This document shows, one piece after another, positions 49,415 through 63,379 of a stretch of DNA of 64,000 nucleotides. Under the pieces are notes generated by a model. It had not been told where the DNA came from. It saw nothing but the letters and a program-made list of their open reading frames with translations, and made no database searches. Numbering within the stretch: the first letter of the stretch is position 1; the number at the start of each line of letters is the position of its first letter. A program made the position numbers and the translations under genes. Source of the stretch: Macrostomum hystrix (Eukaryota > Animalia > Platyhelminthes); assembly GCA_950097015.1 (NCBI GenBank), contig CATNEN010000038.1:11098001-11162000 (forward strand), given 5' to 3'.

Positions 49415-50995
49415 ATCAGGGTAAGAAATGGATGAGACGGGTGAGAAATTGATGAGAATCAGGGTGAGAAATGAATGAGAATCAGTGTGAGAAAGGAATG
49501 AGAATCAGTGTGAGAAATGAATGAGAATCAGGGTGAGAAATGAATGAGAATCAGGGTGAGAAATGAATGAGAATCAGGGTGAGAAATGAATGAGAATCAG
49601 GGTGAGAAATGAATGAGAATCAGTGTGAGAAATGAATGAGAATCAGGGTGAGAAATGAATGAGAATCAGGGTGAGAAATGAATGAGAATCAGGGTGAGAA
49701 ATGAATGAGAATCAGTGTGAGAAATGAATGAGAATCAGGGTGAGAAATGAATGAGAATCAGGGTGAGAAATGAATGAGAATCAGGGTGAGAAGTAAATGA
49801 GAATCAGGGTGAGAAATGAATGAGAATCAGGGTGAGAAATGAATGAGAATCAGGGTGAGAAATGAATGAGAATCAGGGTGAGAAATGAATGAGAATCAGG
49901 GTGAGAAATGAATGAGAATCAGTGTGAGAAATGAATGTAAATCAGTGTGAGAAATGGATGAGAATCAGGGTGAGAAATGAATGAGAATCAGGGTGAGAAA
50001 TGAATGTGAATCAGTGTGAGAAATGAATGAGAATCAGGGTGAGAAATGAATGTGAATCAGTGTGAGAAATGAATGAGAATCAGGGTGAGAAATGGATGAG
50101 AATCAGGGTGAGAAATGAATGAGAATCAGTGTGAGAAATGAATGAGAATCAGGGTGAGAAATGAATGAGAATCAGGGTGAGAAATGGATGAGAATCAGGG
50201 TGAGAAATGAATGAGAATCAGGGTGAGAAATGAATGAGAATCAGTGTGAGAAATGAATGAGAATCAGTGTGAGAAATGAATGTAAATCAGTGTGAGAAAT
50301 GAATGAGAATCAGGGTGAGAAATGAATGAGAATCAGGGTGAGAAATGGATGAGAATCAGTGTGAGAAATGAATGTGAATCAGTGTGAGAAATGAATGAGA
50401 ATCAGGGTGAGAAATGGATGAGAATCAGGGTGAGAAATGAATGAGAATCAGTTGTGAGAAATGGATGAGAATCAGGGTGAGAAATGAATGAGAATCCGGG
50501 TGAGAAATGGATGAGAATCAGGGTGAGAAATGAATGAGAATCAGGGTGAGAAATGAATGAGAATCAGTTGTGAGAAATGGATGAGAATCAGTGTGAGAAA
50601 TGGATGAGAATCAGTGTGAGAAATGAATGAGAATCAGGGTGAGAAATGGATGAGAATCAGGGTGAGAAATGAATGAGAATCAGTTGTGAGAAATGGATGA
50701 GAATCAGGGTGAGAAATGAATGAGAATCCGGGTGAGAAATGGATGAGAATCAGGGTGAGAAATGAATGAGAATCAGGGTGAGAAATGGATGAGAGTCGTG
50801 GGTGAGAAATGAATGAGAATCAGTTGTGAGAAATGGATGAGAATCAGGGTGAGAAATGAATGAGAATCAGGGTGAGAAATGGATGAGAATCAGGGTGAGA
50901 AATGAATGAGAATCCGGGTGAGAAATGGATGAGAGTCAGTGTGAGAAATGAATGAGAATCAGTGTGAGAAATGGATGAGAATCAGGGTGAGAAAT
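49415..50995. repeat. 23-nt minisatellite (GAGAATCAGGGTGAGAAATGAAT)
   Basis: Direct read. Confidence 0.96.
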
Positions 50996-51734
50996 CTAAC
51001 CCATATTAGATTTAAAGCAAATAAAGTTACCCTCTACTGCTAGAACGAATCCGTAAAGCCTAGAGTTGCCAAAGCAATGGCAGTGTTCCTCTGCAGGCAA
51101 TTTACTTAGGTACACTTAAACTGAACAGAGAACACAGATGTCCTGTTGGATTTAATTGCTATGGCCTAAACTGTGAATTATGCCGCCAAGAATTCCAGTT
51201 AATCTCACCTATAGATTCCCCAGATTGGAGTTAAAGTGTTCCCAAGCCGCAGTGGCTTCGGTAAACATTCGCAGGAAATCTTGACCTTATCACTGCCGCA
51301 AGCACTGCCTCCGTCCTTCAGATTGGCAAATATCCCACACAGAAATGGGAGAAATAGGAGGGTATTCCTAACTATACACACCCTCTCCTCCTCTCTCTCC
51401 AATTTCTTAACGCGCTGAAGTTGATTTGACAATAAACACCAACGATGAAAAACGTGGACAATAAGAGGCTGTTAAAGAGGAACGGAAAAGACTGGCTGGC
51501 TCAATTGGTTGGCACCTACCATAGTTTCTGTTCAAATCTTATCAAACTGATGTGCTTGTGTACCTGCAGGAACCCTTGAGTGGGTAACTGGAACTAGAGT
51601 GCCATGCGATTTTGCTTCGTGTTTTGCATAAACTGAATCCCGTGTTACAGCAGCAGCCGCAGCAATCATCACCTGCTGAATTATGGGCCGTGAATTTATG
51701 CCAGTGATATCAACTTTCACTTGGACTAAGAGAC

Positions 51735-54700
51735 TACGGACTGAAACAGACTGAAACAGACTGAAACTACAGACTGAAACTACAGACTGAAACTACAGAC
51801 TGAAACTACAGACTGAAACTACAGACTGAAACTACAGACTGAAACTACAGACTGAAACAGACTGAAACTACAGATTGAAACTACAGACTGAAACAGACTG
51901 AAACAGACTGAAACAGACTGAAACTACAGACTGAAACTACAGACTGAAACAGACTGAAACTACAGATTGAAACTACAGACTGAAGCAGACTGAAACAGAC
52001 TGAAACAGACTGAAACTACAGACTGAAACAGACTGAAACTACAGACTGAAACTACAGACTGAAACAGACTGAAACTACAGACTGAAACTACAGACTGAAA
52101 CTACAGACTGAAACTACAGACTGAAACAGACTGAAACTACAGACTGAAACTACAGACTGAAACAGACTGAAACTACAGACTGAAACTACAGACTGAAACT
52201 ACAGACTGAAACTACAGACTGAAACAGACTGAAACTACAGACTGAAACTACAGACTGAAACTACAGACTGAAACTACAGACTGAAACTAAAGACTGAAAC
52301 TACAGAGTGATACAGACTGAAACTACAGACTGAAACTACAGACTGAAACAGACTGAGACAGAGTGATACAGACTGAAACAGACTGAAACAGACTGAAACT
52401 ACAGACTGAAACTAAAGACTGAAACTACAGAGTGATACAGACTGAAACTACAGACTGAAACTACAGAGTGATACAGACTGAAACAGACTGAAACAGACTG
52501 AGACAGAGTGATACAGACTGAAACAGACTGAAACAGACTGAGACAGAGTGATACAGACTGAAACAGACTGAAACAGACTGAGACAGAGTGATACAGACTG
52601 AAACAGACTGAAACAGACTGAAACAGACTGAAACTACAGACTGATACAGACTGAAACTACAGACTGAAACTACAGACTGAAACTACAGACTGAAACTACA
52701 GACTGAAACAGACTGAAACTACAGACTGAAACTACAGACTGAAACTACAGACTGAAACAGACTGAAACTACAGACTGAAACTACAGACTGAAACTACAGA
52801 CTGAAACTAAAGACTGAAACTACAGAGTGATACAGACTGAAACTACAGACTGAAACAGACTGAGACAGAGTGATACAGACTGAAACAGACTGAAACAGAC
52901 TGAGACAGAGTGATACAGACTGAAACAGACTGAAACAGACTGAGACAGAGTGATACAGACTGAAACAGACTGAAACAGACTGAAACAGACTGAAACAGAC
53001 TGAAACAGACTGAAACAGACTGAAACAGACTGAAACTACAGACTGAAACAGACTGAAACAGACTGAAACAGACTGAAACAGACTGAAACAGACTGAAACA
53101 GACTGAAACTACAGACTAAAACGGACTGAAACAGACTGAAACTACAGACTGAAACAGACTGAAACTACAGACTGAAACTACAGACTGAAACTACAGACTG
53201 AAACTACAGACTGAAACTAAAGACTGAAACTACAGAGTGATACAGACTGAAACTACAGACTGAAACTACAGACTGAAACAGACTGAGACAGAGTGATACA
53301 GACTGAAACAGACTGAAACAGACTGAAACTACAGACTGAAACAGACTGAAACTACAGACTGAAACTACAGACTGAAACAGACTGAAACTACAGACTGAAA
53401 CTACAGACTGAAACTACAGACTGAAACTACAGACTGAAACAGACTGAAACTACAGACTGAAACTACAGACTGAAACAGACTGAAACTACAGACTGAAACT
53501 ACAGACTGAAACAGACTGAAACTACAGACTGAAACTACAGACTGAAACTACAGACTGAAACTACAGACTGAAACAGACTGAAACTACAGACTGAAACTAC
53601 AGACTGAAACTACAGACTGAAACTACAGACTGAAACTAAAGACTGAAACTACAGAGTGATACAGACTGAAACTACAGACTGAAACTACAGACTGAAACAG
53701 ACTGAGACAGAGTGATACAGACTGAAACAGACTGAAACAGACTGAAACTACAGACTGAAACTAAAGACTGAAACTACAGAGTGATACAGACTGAAACTAC
53801 AGACTGAAACTACAGAGTGATACAGACTGAAACAGACTGAAACAGACTGAGACAGAGTGATACAGACTGAAACAGACTGAAACAGACTGAGACAGAGTGA
53901 TACAGACTGAAACAGACTGAAACAGACTGAGACAGAGTGATACAGACTGAAACAGACTGAAACAGACTGAAACAGACTGAAACTACAGACTGATACAGAC
54001 TGAAACTACAGACTGAAACTACAGACTGAAACTACAGACTGAAACTACAGACTGAAACAGACTGAAACTACAGACTGAAACTACAGACTGAAACTACAGA
54101 CTGAAACAGACTGAAACTACAGACTGAAACTACAGACTGAAACTACAGACTGAAACTAAAGACTGAAACTACAGAGTGATACAGACTGAAACTACAGACT
54201 GAAACAGACTGAGACAGAGTGATACAGACTGAAACAGACTGAAACAGACTGAGACAGAGTGATACAGACTGAAACAGACTGAAACAGACTGAGACAGAGT
54301 GATACAGACTGAAACAGACTGAAACAGACTGAAACAGACTGAAACAGACTGAAACAGACTGAAACAGACTGAAACAGACTGAAACTACAGACTGAAACAG
54401 ACTGAAACAGACTGAAACAGACTGAAACAGACTGAAACAGACTGAAACAGACTGAAACTACAGACTAAAACGGACTGAAACAGACTGAAACTACAGACTA
54501 AAACGGACTGAAACAGACTGACACTACAGACTGAAACTACAGACTGAAACAGACTGAAACAGACTGAAACAGACTGAAACAGACTGAAACAGACTGAAAC
54601 TACAGACTGAAACAGACTGAAACTACAGACTGAAACAGACTGAAACAGACTGAAGCAGACTGAAACTACAGACTGAAACAGACTGAAACAGACTGAAACA

Positions 54701-55060
54701 GACTGAGACAGACTGAAACAGACTGAGACAGACTGAAACAGACTGAAACAGACTGAAACAGACTGAAACAGACTGAAACAGACTGAAACAGACTGAAACT
54801 ACAGACTGAAACAGACTGAAACAGACTGAAACTACAGACTGAAACTACAGACTGTAACTACAGACTTAAACAGACTGAAACAGACTGAAACAGACTGAAA
54901 CAGACTGAAACAGACTGAAACTACAGACTGAAACAGACTGAAACAGACTGAAACTACAGACTGAAACTACAGACTGAAACTACAGACTGAAACAGAGTAA
55001 AAAAGACTGAAACTACAGACTGAAACAGACTGACTACGGACTGAAATAGAAAGGACTGAA
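51735..55060. repeat. 10/13-nt satellite (ACAGACTGAA / ACTACAGACTGAA) with a 1349-bp higher-order duplication
   Basis: Direct read. Confidence 0.96.
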
Positions 55061-55495
55061 CCAGGTGCAAAGTTAAACAGAATTGTTCAGGCATTTTATA
55101 TAAAAAATCTGAGATAAATCTTATCGATAACATAGCCGAGAATCGCATTGTTCCCATGGTCTCTGATATAATAGGCCTATGATATAATAGGATCTGCCCA
55201 GTGACCAAGTGTGCGCGAGTATAAGCCGGCGATTTTAGAATCGTGGGAATAATCATTGCTGCGCCTTAATGGGCAGAACAAATCACAGCAAGCCATTGGG
55301 GCACATGACTGTCTTTGAATCAGATTTGCAGCCTCTTTAACAAGCGGTGGCTTCGGCGTAAACAATTATTCCCCCGGCAAGCTATCTCTGACAGAATCAA
55401 CAGTTCCCTGATCCCACTGTGGACAGCGGATAATCGACTTCAGGATCACATTTTATTTCGGAATTTTCCCAGGCATCCAGGACTGATAGACAGTG

Positions 55496-55730
55496 CAGAC
55501 AGACAGACAGACAGGCAGACAGGCAGAGAGACAGACAGACAGGCAGGCAGGCAGGCAGACAGGCAGACAGGCAGACAGACAGGCAGGCAGGCAGAGAGAC
55601 AGACAGACAGGCAGGTAGACAGGCAGACCGGCAGACAGACAGGCAGACAGACAGACAGGCAGACAGGCAGACAGGCAGACAGACAGGCAGACAGACAGAC
55701 AGGCAGACAGGCAGGCAGACAGGCAGACAG
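55496..55730. repeat. (CAGA/CAGG)n tetranucleotide
   Basis: Direct read. Confidence 0.93.
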
Positions 55731-56502
55731 TAAAAAAAACACACATGACAGGTAAAACAACTGACAAGACAGGTTAAAAGACAAACAATGGACAGTAAAA
55801 ATTGAGAAACTTTTTAAATACAAAAAATAAGTCCCATAGAAAAGCTGATTCACTTTCCGTCTTGGGATTAAAGTTGGGAATAAAACTCGGCCTGTCGGAG
55901 GAATTAAGGAAGATGGTTAGAGAGGCCAACCATAGCCTGTGGGGGGCAAACAAGTGAGGGGGGATATTAGGAAGTGGGAAAGGCCGTTGGGTAAGTAGCA
56001 GGGCTCTCATACCCCCCCCCACTGCGCCAAAGTTGGCAGTAAAAGTGGCATGTGTCAATAAGAATTAGATTTAGGCAGTTCGGCTCAGACGGAAGCAGCC
56101 TTGTCCTTCCCTGGCTAGCAAACTCCGCATATGCATATTAGTTAATAAGCTGGCATAGTCAAAGATCACTGTGTAACATCCGGCACTTCGGTCCTCTAGC
56201 ATCTTTAGTTTAACGCGATTACTCGCAATGCCAGACGTTTCTTCACAACTGGTCTTCTAGGGCAATCAAATATTGTGTTGACTAAAAAAGTGTTAACGCT
56301 TGTGTTTGTGTGGGTAACAATTATTAAACTCGATATTTTCCTGCATTGACTTGGCAATATAGATAATGAACTAAAGTTGACAATGCGAAGACCAAGAATA
56401 GAGTTCCATATTCTGAGATAGAATTATATTTGTCGGAGTTGCAATTCTCTATAGGTTAGGACGTTAGGTTCACTGGATGATTTTGATACTTTTACATGAC
56501 TG

Positions 56503-56960
56503 AGTCATTGACTGTAGGATCATAGGCTGTGTTTCAGTCATTGACTGTAGGATCATAGGCTGTGTTTCAGTCATTGACTGTAGGATCATAGGCTGTGTTT
56601 CAGTCATTGACTGTAGGATCATAGGCTGTGTTTCAGTCATTGACTGTAGGATCATAGGCTGTGTTTCAGTCATTGACTGTAGGATCATAGGCTGTGTTTC
56701 AGTCATTGACTGTAGGATCATAGGCTGTGTTTCAGTCATTGACTGTAGGATCATAGGCTGTGTTTCAGTCATTGACTGTAGGATCATAGGCTGTGTTTCA
56801 GTCATTGACTGTAGGATCATAGGCTGTGTTTCAGTCATTGACTGTAGGATCATAGGCTGTGTTTCAGTCATTGACTGTAGGATCATAGGCTGTGTTTCAG
56901 TCATTGACTGTAGGATCATAGGCTGTGTTTCAGTCATTGACTGTAGGATCATAGGCTGTG
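56503..56960. repeat. Perfect 33-nt tandem repeat (AGTCATTGACTGTAGGATCATAGGCTGTGTTTC), ~14 copies
   Basis: Identical units with no spacers. Confidence 0.96.
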
Positions 56961-57584
56961 CTATTTTGAGCTGTTTGTGGCCATAGACAGTGCGGTCACA
57001 GTTGGCCTTAAGTCATGACTTTAAGCTAGCGTTTCACTTTCCAATCCTCAGTTAGCCTGTGAGATGCAAAAGATCCTTATAAATTTTAAGAAGGATCCCC
57101 GAGGAATCTCCCTCGAGACCCGTCCCAAGCTGAAGTGGACGAGTCGGCAGCCACCGAGACCGCTTTTGGGAAGGCGGATTAGCCAGCTCAAGGACAGCCT
57201 CTTTATCCCCCACTTCAGGCACCAAGGCAAATGGGACATAGATACTCGTAGAATCCCAAAACCAAGTCTCAAGGAAAAGCCAATTATGCCGTTTGAAGAT
57301 TCGTCTGACGGACTAAATCTGCCTGTCTATACTGTCTATGGCCAACCGGCTCACTTTGAAATCTATGAAATGCGATCTTCAAAAGAGACGAAAATAGAAA
57401 TAGAGAGGCAACCTGCTCATGAGACTCCACGGATGCTCAGCTGCTTGTGGCAATAAGAATTGTGCAATCAGACAGTTGGTGAGGCAGCCAATAGGCTCTG
57501 GAGTGCAGCTTGAGCAGCTTGAGCAGCTTGAGCATCATTTAGAATAACTGGATTGTCCATCTGCCACAGCTCACCTCTGTCACC

Positions 57585-58136
57585 CTCTCTCACCCCGACT
57601 CTCACTCTCACCCTGACTCTCACTCTGACTCTCACCCTCACTCTCGCTCTCACTCTCACCCTCACTCTCACCCTCACTCTCACTCTCACCCTCACTCTCG
57701 CTCCCACTCTCACCCTCACTCTCACTCAAACCCTCACTCTCACTCTCACCCTCACTCTCACTCCCACTCTCACCCTCACTCTCACTCAAACCCTCACTCT
57801 CACTCTCACTCTCACCCTCACTCTCACTCTCACCCTCACTCTCACCCTCACTCTCACTCAAACCCTCACTCTCACTCTCACTCTCACCCTCACTCTCGCT
57901 CCCACTCTCACCCTCACTCTCACTCAAACCCTCACTCTCACCCTCACTCTCACTCCCACTCTTACCCTCACTCTCACTCCCACTCTCACCCTCACTCTCA
58001 CTCAAACCCTCACTCTCACTCTCACCCTCACTCTCACTCTCACCCTCACTCTCACCCTCACTCTCACTCCCACTCTCACCCTCATTCTCACTCTCACCCT
58101 CGCTCTCACTCTCTATCTCACCCTCACTCTCACTCC
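57585..58136. repeat. (CTCACT/CTCACC)n hexamer array
   Basis: Direct read. Confidence 0.93.
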
Positions 58137-58437
58137 TAAACTAACTTACGTGAGACCATAATCTCACCTATTTATCTCACTGTCTTACACACTCCAGTTT
58201 TAAAGCTAGCAAATGAAATCGTTTTTTGAATATGTTATTGCAGTCTAAGGCACTCGGTCGCATATACGGAATTCGGCATGAAACTTTAGGGGGGGCCTTC
58301 GTTGCAGGATCGGGCTCCTACTCAAGTTGGCCAGCTTAAAATTCTAATTGGCATTTGAGCATCTAACGAGATCATTGTTACAAAGCAGCTGCGATGCCTA
58401 TCGACGAGTGGTCTATGCAAAGCTATAGTTCCAATCC

Positions 58438-60340
58438 CATTCTCACAGTTCTCATCTGATTCTCACCTGATTCTCGCATTTCTCATCTGATTCTCACAGT
58501 TCTCAACTGATTCTCACAATTATCATCCGATTGTCACAATTCTCATCCGATTGTCACAATTCTCATCTGATTCTCACAATTCTCATCCGATTGTCACAAT
58601 TCTCATCTGATTCTCACAATTCTCATCTGATTCTCACAATTCTCATCTGATTCTCACAGTTCTCATCTGATTCTCACAATTATCATCTGATTCTCACAGT
58701 TCTCATCTGGTTCTCACAGTTCTCATCTGATTCTCACAGTTCTCATCTGATTCTCACAATCCTCATCTGATTCTCACAATCCTCATCTGATTCTCACAGT
58801 TCTCATCTGATTCTCACAGTTCTCATCTGATTCTCACAGTTCTCATCTGATTCTCACAGTTCTCATCTGATTCTCACAGTTCTCATCTGATTCTCACAGT
58901 TCTCATCTGATTCTCACAGTTCTCATCTGGTTCTCACAGTTCTCATCTGATTCTCACAGTTCTCATCTGATTCTCACAATCCTCATCTGATTCTCACAGT
59001 CCTCATCTGATTCTCACAGTTCTCATCTGATTCTCACAGTTCTCATCTGATTCTCACAGTTCTCATCTGATTCTCACAGTTCTCATCTGATTCTCACAGT
59101 TCTCATCTGATTCTCACAGTTCTCATCTGATTCTCACAGTTCTCATCTGGTTCTCACAGTTCTCATCTGATTCTCACAGTTCTCATCTGATTCTCACAGT
59201 TCTCATCTGATTCTCATGATTCTCATCTGATTCTCACAGTTCTCATCTGGTTCTCACAGTCCTCATCTGGTTCTCAGAATCCTCATCTGGTTCTCACAGT
59301 TCTCATCTGATTCTCACAGTTCTCATCTGATTCTCACAGTTCTCATCTGATTCTCACAGTTCTCATCTGATTCTCATGATTCTCATCTGGTTCTCACAGT
59401 TCTCATCTGATTCTCATGATTCTCATCTGTTTCTCACAATCCTCATCTGATTCTCACAGTTCCCATCTGATTCTCACAGTTCTCATCTGATTCTCACAGT
59501 TCTCATCTGATTCTCATGATTCTCATCTGATTCTCACAGTTCTCATCTGATTCTCACAGTTCTCATCTGATTCTCACAGTTCTCATCTGATTCTCACAGT
59601 TCTCATCTGGTTCTCACAGTTCTCATCTGATTCTCACAGTTCTCATCTGATTCTCATGATTCTCATCTGATTCTCACAGTTCTCATCTGATTCTCACAGT
59701 TCTCATCTGATTCTCACAGTTCTCATCTGATTCTCACAGTTCTCATCTGATTCTCACAGTTCTCATCTGATTCTCACAGTTCTCATCTGATTCTCATGAT
59801 TCTCATCTGATTCTCACAGTTCTCATCTGATTCTCACAGTTCTCATCTGATTCTCACAGTTCTCATCTGATTCTCACAGTTCTCATCTGATTCTCATGAT
59901 TCTCATCTGATTCTCACAGTTCTCATCTGATTCTCACAGTTCTCATCTGATTCTCACAGTTCTCATCTGATTCTCATGATTCTCATCTGGTTCTCACAGT
60001 TCCCATCTGATTCTCACAGTTCTCATCTGATTCTCACAGTTCTCATCTGATTCTCACAGTTCTCATTTGATTCTCAAAGTTCTCATCTGATTCTCATGAT
60101 TCTCATCTGGTTCTCACAGTTCTCATCTGATTCTCACAGTTCTCATCCGATTGTCGCAATTCTCATCTGGTTCTCACAGTTCTCATCTGATTCTCACAGT
60201 TCTCATCCGATTGTCGCAATTCTCATCTGGTTCTCACAATCCTCATTTGATTCTCACGATTCTCATCTGATTCTCACAATTCTCATCTGAGAATTCTTAT
60301 CTAATTCTCACAGATTTCTCAAAATCTCACAATTCTCATC
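58438..60340. repeat. 20-nt minisatellite (TTCTCATCTGATTCTCACAG)
   Basis: Direct read. Confidence 0.96.
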
Positions 60341-60919
60341 AGACTTTAACATCAGCCTTTTGATATCAAGTTAGGCACAAGAAAGCGCCACCCAATGTTA
60401 TGTCTTTTCCCAGTTGATCCGCTTCGAGCCTCATCTAATCCTGTCTTGATATCCATTCGGTTGGTTCTGACGCATCAGGCTTTGCCGGCCCGTCAGTCAA
60501 ACCAAAATAGGCCCCATCTCCCACTCACCTGTGAGCACTGTTTTTTTTGCACCCGACACCACAATCTGTTTAGTGCCGATTGGCGAAACCTGATTAGCAC
60601 ATGCTAACCAGCCAGTCATCCCGTCCCCATTTCCCAATCGGGATTGCTTCGACAGTGTCGAAAAAGGCGGGATTAAGATTGATCTGACTCGGGGCGAAGA
60701 GGATTTTAATCCCCTTCTCTCAGGTGAGGAGATGAGCTGAAAAATAGCGGTAGGATAATACCGCTGGTCAGTGAGGAGCAGATTATCATCTTAGCTGTCT
60801 ATTTATCCCATCAACCCATTTGTCAGTAGCCAAGGTAGACTCGGTAAAATGGTCCACAGAATCAATATTGGAAGAATTAAATCCCAGCGATGACCCACAT
60901 GTAACCCATGGCAATCACA

Positions 60920-61200
60920 GGTGACCCAAATCGATCTTGAATGACCCAAATCGATCCTGAATGACCCAAATCAATCATTAATGACCCAAATCTATCCTGA
61001 ATGACCCAAATCAATCATTAATGACCCAAATCAATCCTGAATGACCCAAATCTATCCTGAATGACCCAAATCAATCCTGAATGACCCAAATCAATCCTGA
61101 ATGACCCAAATCAATCCTGAATGACCCAAATCGATCCTGAATGACCCAAATAATTCATAAATGACCCAAATCAAGTCTGAATGACCCATGTCAATCTTAA
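60920..61200. repeat. 20-nt minisatellite (ATGACCCAAATCAATCCTGA)
   Basis: Direct read. Confidence 0.9.
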
Positions 61201-61904
61201 ATGGCTTAAATCAATTTTGGATAACCAGAATTTGTGAAAATAATATTTGCAGGCGGGCTCGATGGGGCCAGCGAGTACCCCACTCCGCTGACTCCTGAGC
61301 ACACACTCACTCAGATACTCAGGAACATGTCGGATCTCGACCCAGATAGCTCGCATGACCCGTAGAATCAGTGCTTTATAGGATGGAATTCTTCTCTAAC
61401 CAAATGAGCCACAGTCGAGCGTTAACTAGGCCTCCTTAACAAATGCAGGCTGTGGGATTTGAAAAGCCGATTGAAAATTTGTTATGGGACAAAATTATAA
61501 CAGTTTGAGGGGGCGTGGCTTTGCGTGACTCGCGCGAAAAATCGTGAATAGACTACTCTACTCGCTGTCATGTCCGGCTTGTGCTCATTGTGAAGTGCTG
61601 CTGCTGCTGCTGCTGCTAGACCTGGTGTTGGGCGAGAGTTTTAGGAGCACGAATGGTTCTTAACTTCCGATCCTTGGCCGGCACAATGAAGTCATGCCCT
61701 CTGCTGCTTGGTTTTCTGGCGCGTCTTTTCTTCTTTGCTTGGCCATTTTTTTTTCAATAGGACGGGGATCACAAGGGTTTCATCGAGTTTGAAAGAGAAG
61801 GGGAGAGAGACTGGGGAGAGAGGCTGTGTCTCTTGGAGTCTAGCTTTTAATCGAGTTTCGCGCTAAATTGAAACGATCTTATAAGCCCTTCTAACGATGA
61901 TGGA

Positions 61905-62490
61905 AAAGGTAGATAAGGTAGACAAAGTAGATAGATTGAACAAATTAGATAAAGGAGATAAAAAACTAAGGGCTTGTAGAGAAAGAAGAGAAAGTAGATA
62001 AAATAGACAAAGTAGACAAAGTAGATAAAGTAGACAAAGTAGATAAAGTTAAGGAAGTAGAGGAGGCATATAGAGTAGAAAAGTAAAGATAGAGTAGTAA
62101 AGTCTCAATCCACTAAAAGTAGAGTTAGGTAGAAAAAGTAGACAAAGTAGAGAAAGTAGATAACGTAGAGAAAGTAGATAACGTAGAGAAAACTAGAGAA
62201 AGTAGACAAATTAGATAGAGTAGAGAAAGTAGATAAAGTAGATAAAGTAGATAAAGTAGACAAAGCTGATAAAGTATATAAAGTAGACAAAGTAGACAAA
62301 GTAGAGAAACTAGAGAAAGTAGATAAAGTAGAGAAAGTAGAGAAAGTAGATAAAGTAGAGAAAGTAGAGAAACTAGAGAAAGTAGATAAAGCAGATAAAG
62401 TTTACAAAGTAGATAAGTAAAATAAGTTAGATAAAGTGGATAAAGTAGATAAAGTAGACAAAGTAGAGAAGGTAGATAAAGTAGATAAGA
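61905..62490. repeat. 9-nt minisatellite (AAAGTAGA[T/C/G])
   Basis: Direct read. Confidence 0.9.
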
Positions 62491-63379
62491 TGAAGAAATC
62501 AACAAGCAAGCAGACAGTAGCCAAGTGAATTGAATACTTTTCAGTTGAGAGTGATCAGACTCGGCAAAGTTTCTCATAAAGCATCGGATAAGAATCGTAA
62601 TCCGAAATTGACCAATCAATAACAGAAGCAATCAAGCAGGCCAACACACACACACACGCACACACACACTTAGAGGGATGCAAATAATATGACCGCGGAA
62701 CCGGTGCACACGCGTGGCTGAAACCAGCTTTGAGTATCAAGTGGTTCCAGCTATCCAAAAGCCCACTTTAGTCGGCGCCTGCTAATGAGTGGAAAATTGA
62801 GGCTCGAACCAAACTAGATGGAGCACAACCAACAAGCCCCCCAATCTATCGCTGTCCATCTAGCTATCTATCCCCGCATCTCCGGCATAGTTTGGCTAGT
62901 AACTCCAAAAAACTGGCTCGAATTTCAATTTCCTATCAGCCTCGAACGCGTTAACGCCAAGAAAATACTCCAGCAGGCCTTCTCTGGAGTAGGGGATACT
63001 CAAGAAGCATTTTCTAGAGCGACAGGGCAGGGTTAGAGAGAGTGGGGGGTAGGGCTGTTCGGGGTATGAATGTCGGCTATCATTTGCTGCAACTTTTCTG
63101 CACCATCCAACACGACACCCTGCCACTCGTTTGGCGGTCCGAAACTGCTAAAAACTATCAATAATGATTCTGTTCATCATACACGGGTACCAGGCTGAGC
63201 TGGCAACTGGACTGGCTACGAAATGCTGAAAATCGGATTAGGCCCCTTCGCCTCCACATTTTTTGCCCCAGTCATAAAAACTGGAAATTTTGGCTCGCAA
63301 TTCAGCTTAGACCGAGCGCTGTCTTGTCATGCCCGTCTCATGTGCTTTATCCCATATTCAGAGTCTTCTCTCTACTCAC

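Noticed and set aside
56503-56960. CRISPR-like 33-bp partly palindromic repeats
   Set aside because: No spacers, no cas genes, eukaryotic context
57064-57456. 130-aa non-repetitive ORF
   Set aside because: No recognisable domain and lacks the GC3-rich codon style of the real exons; cannot be supported without a homology search
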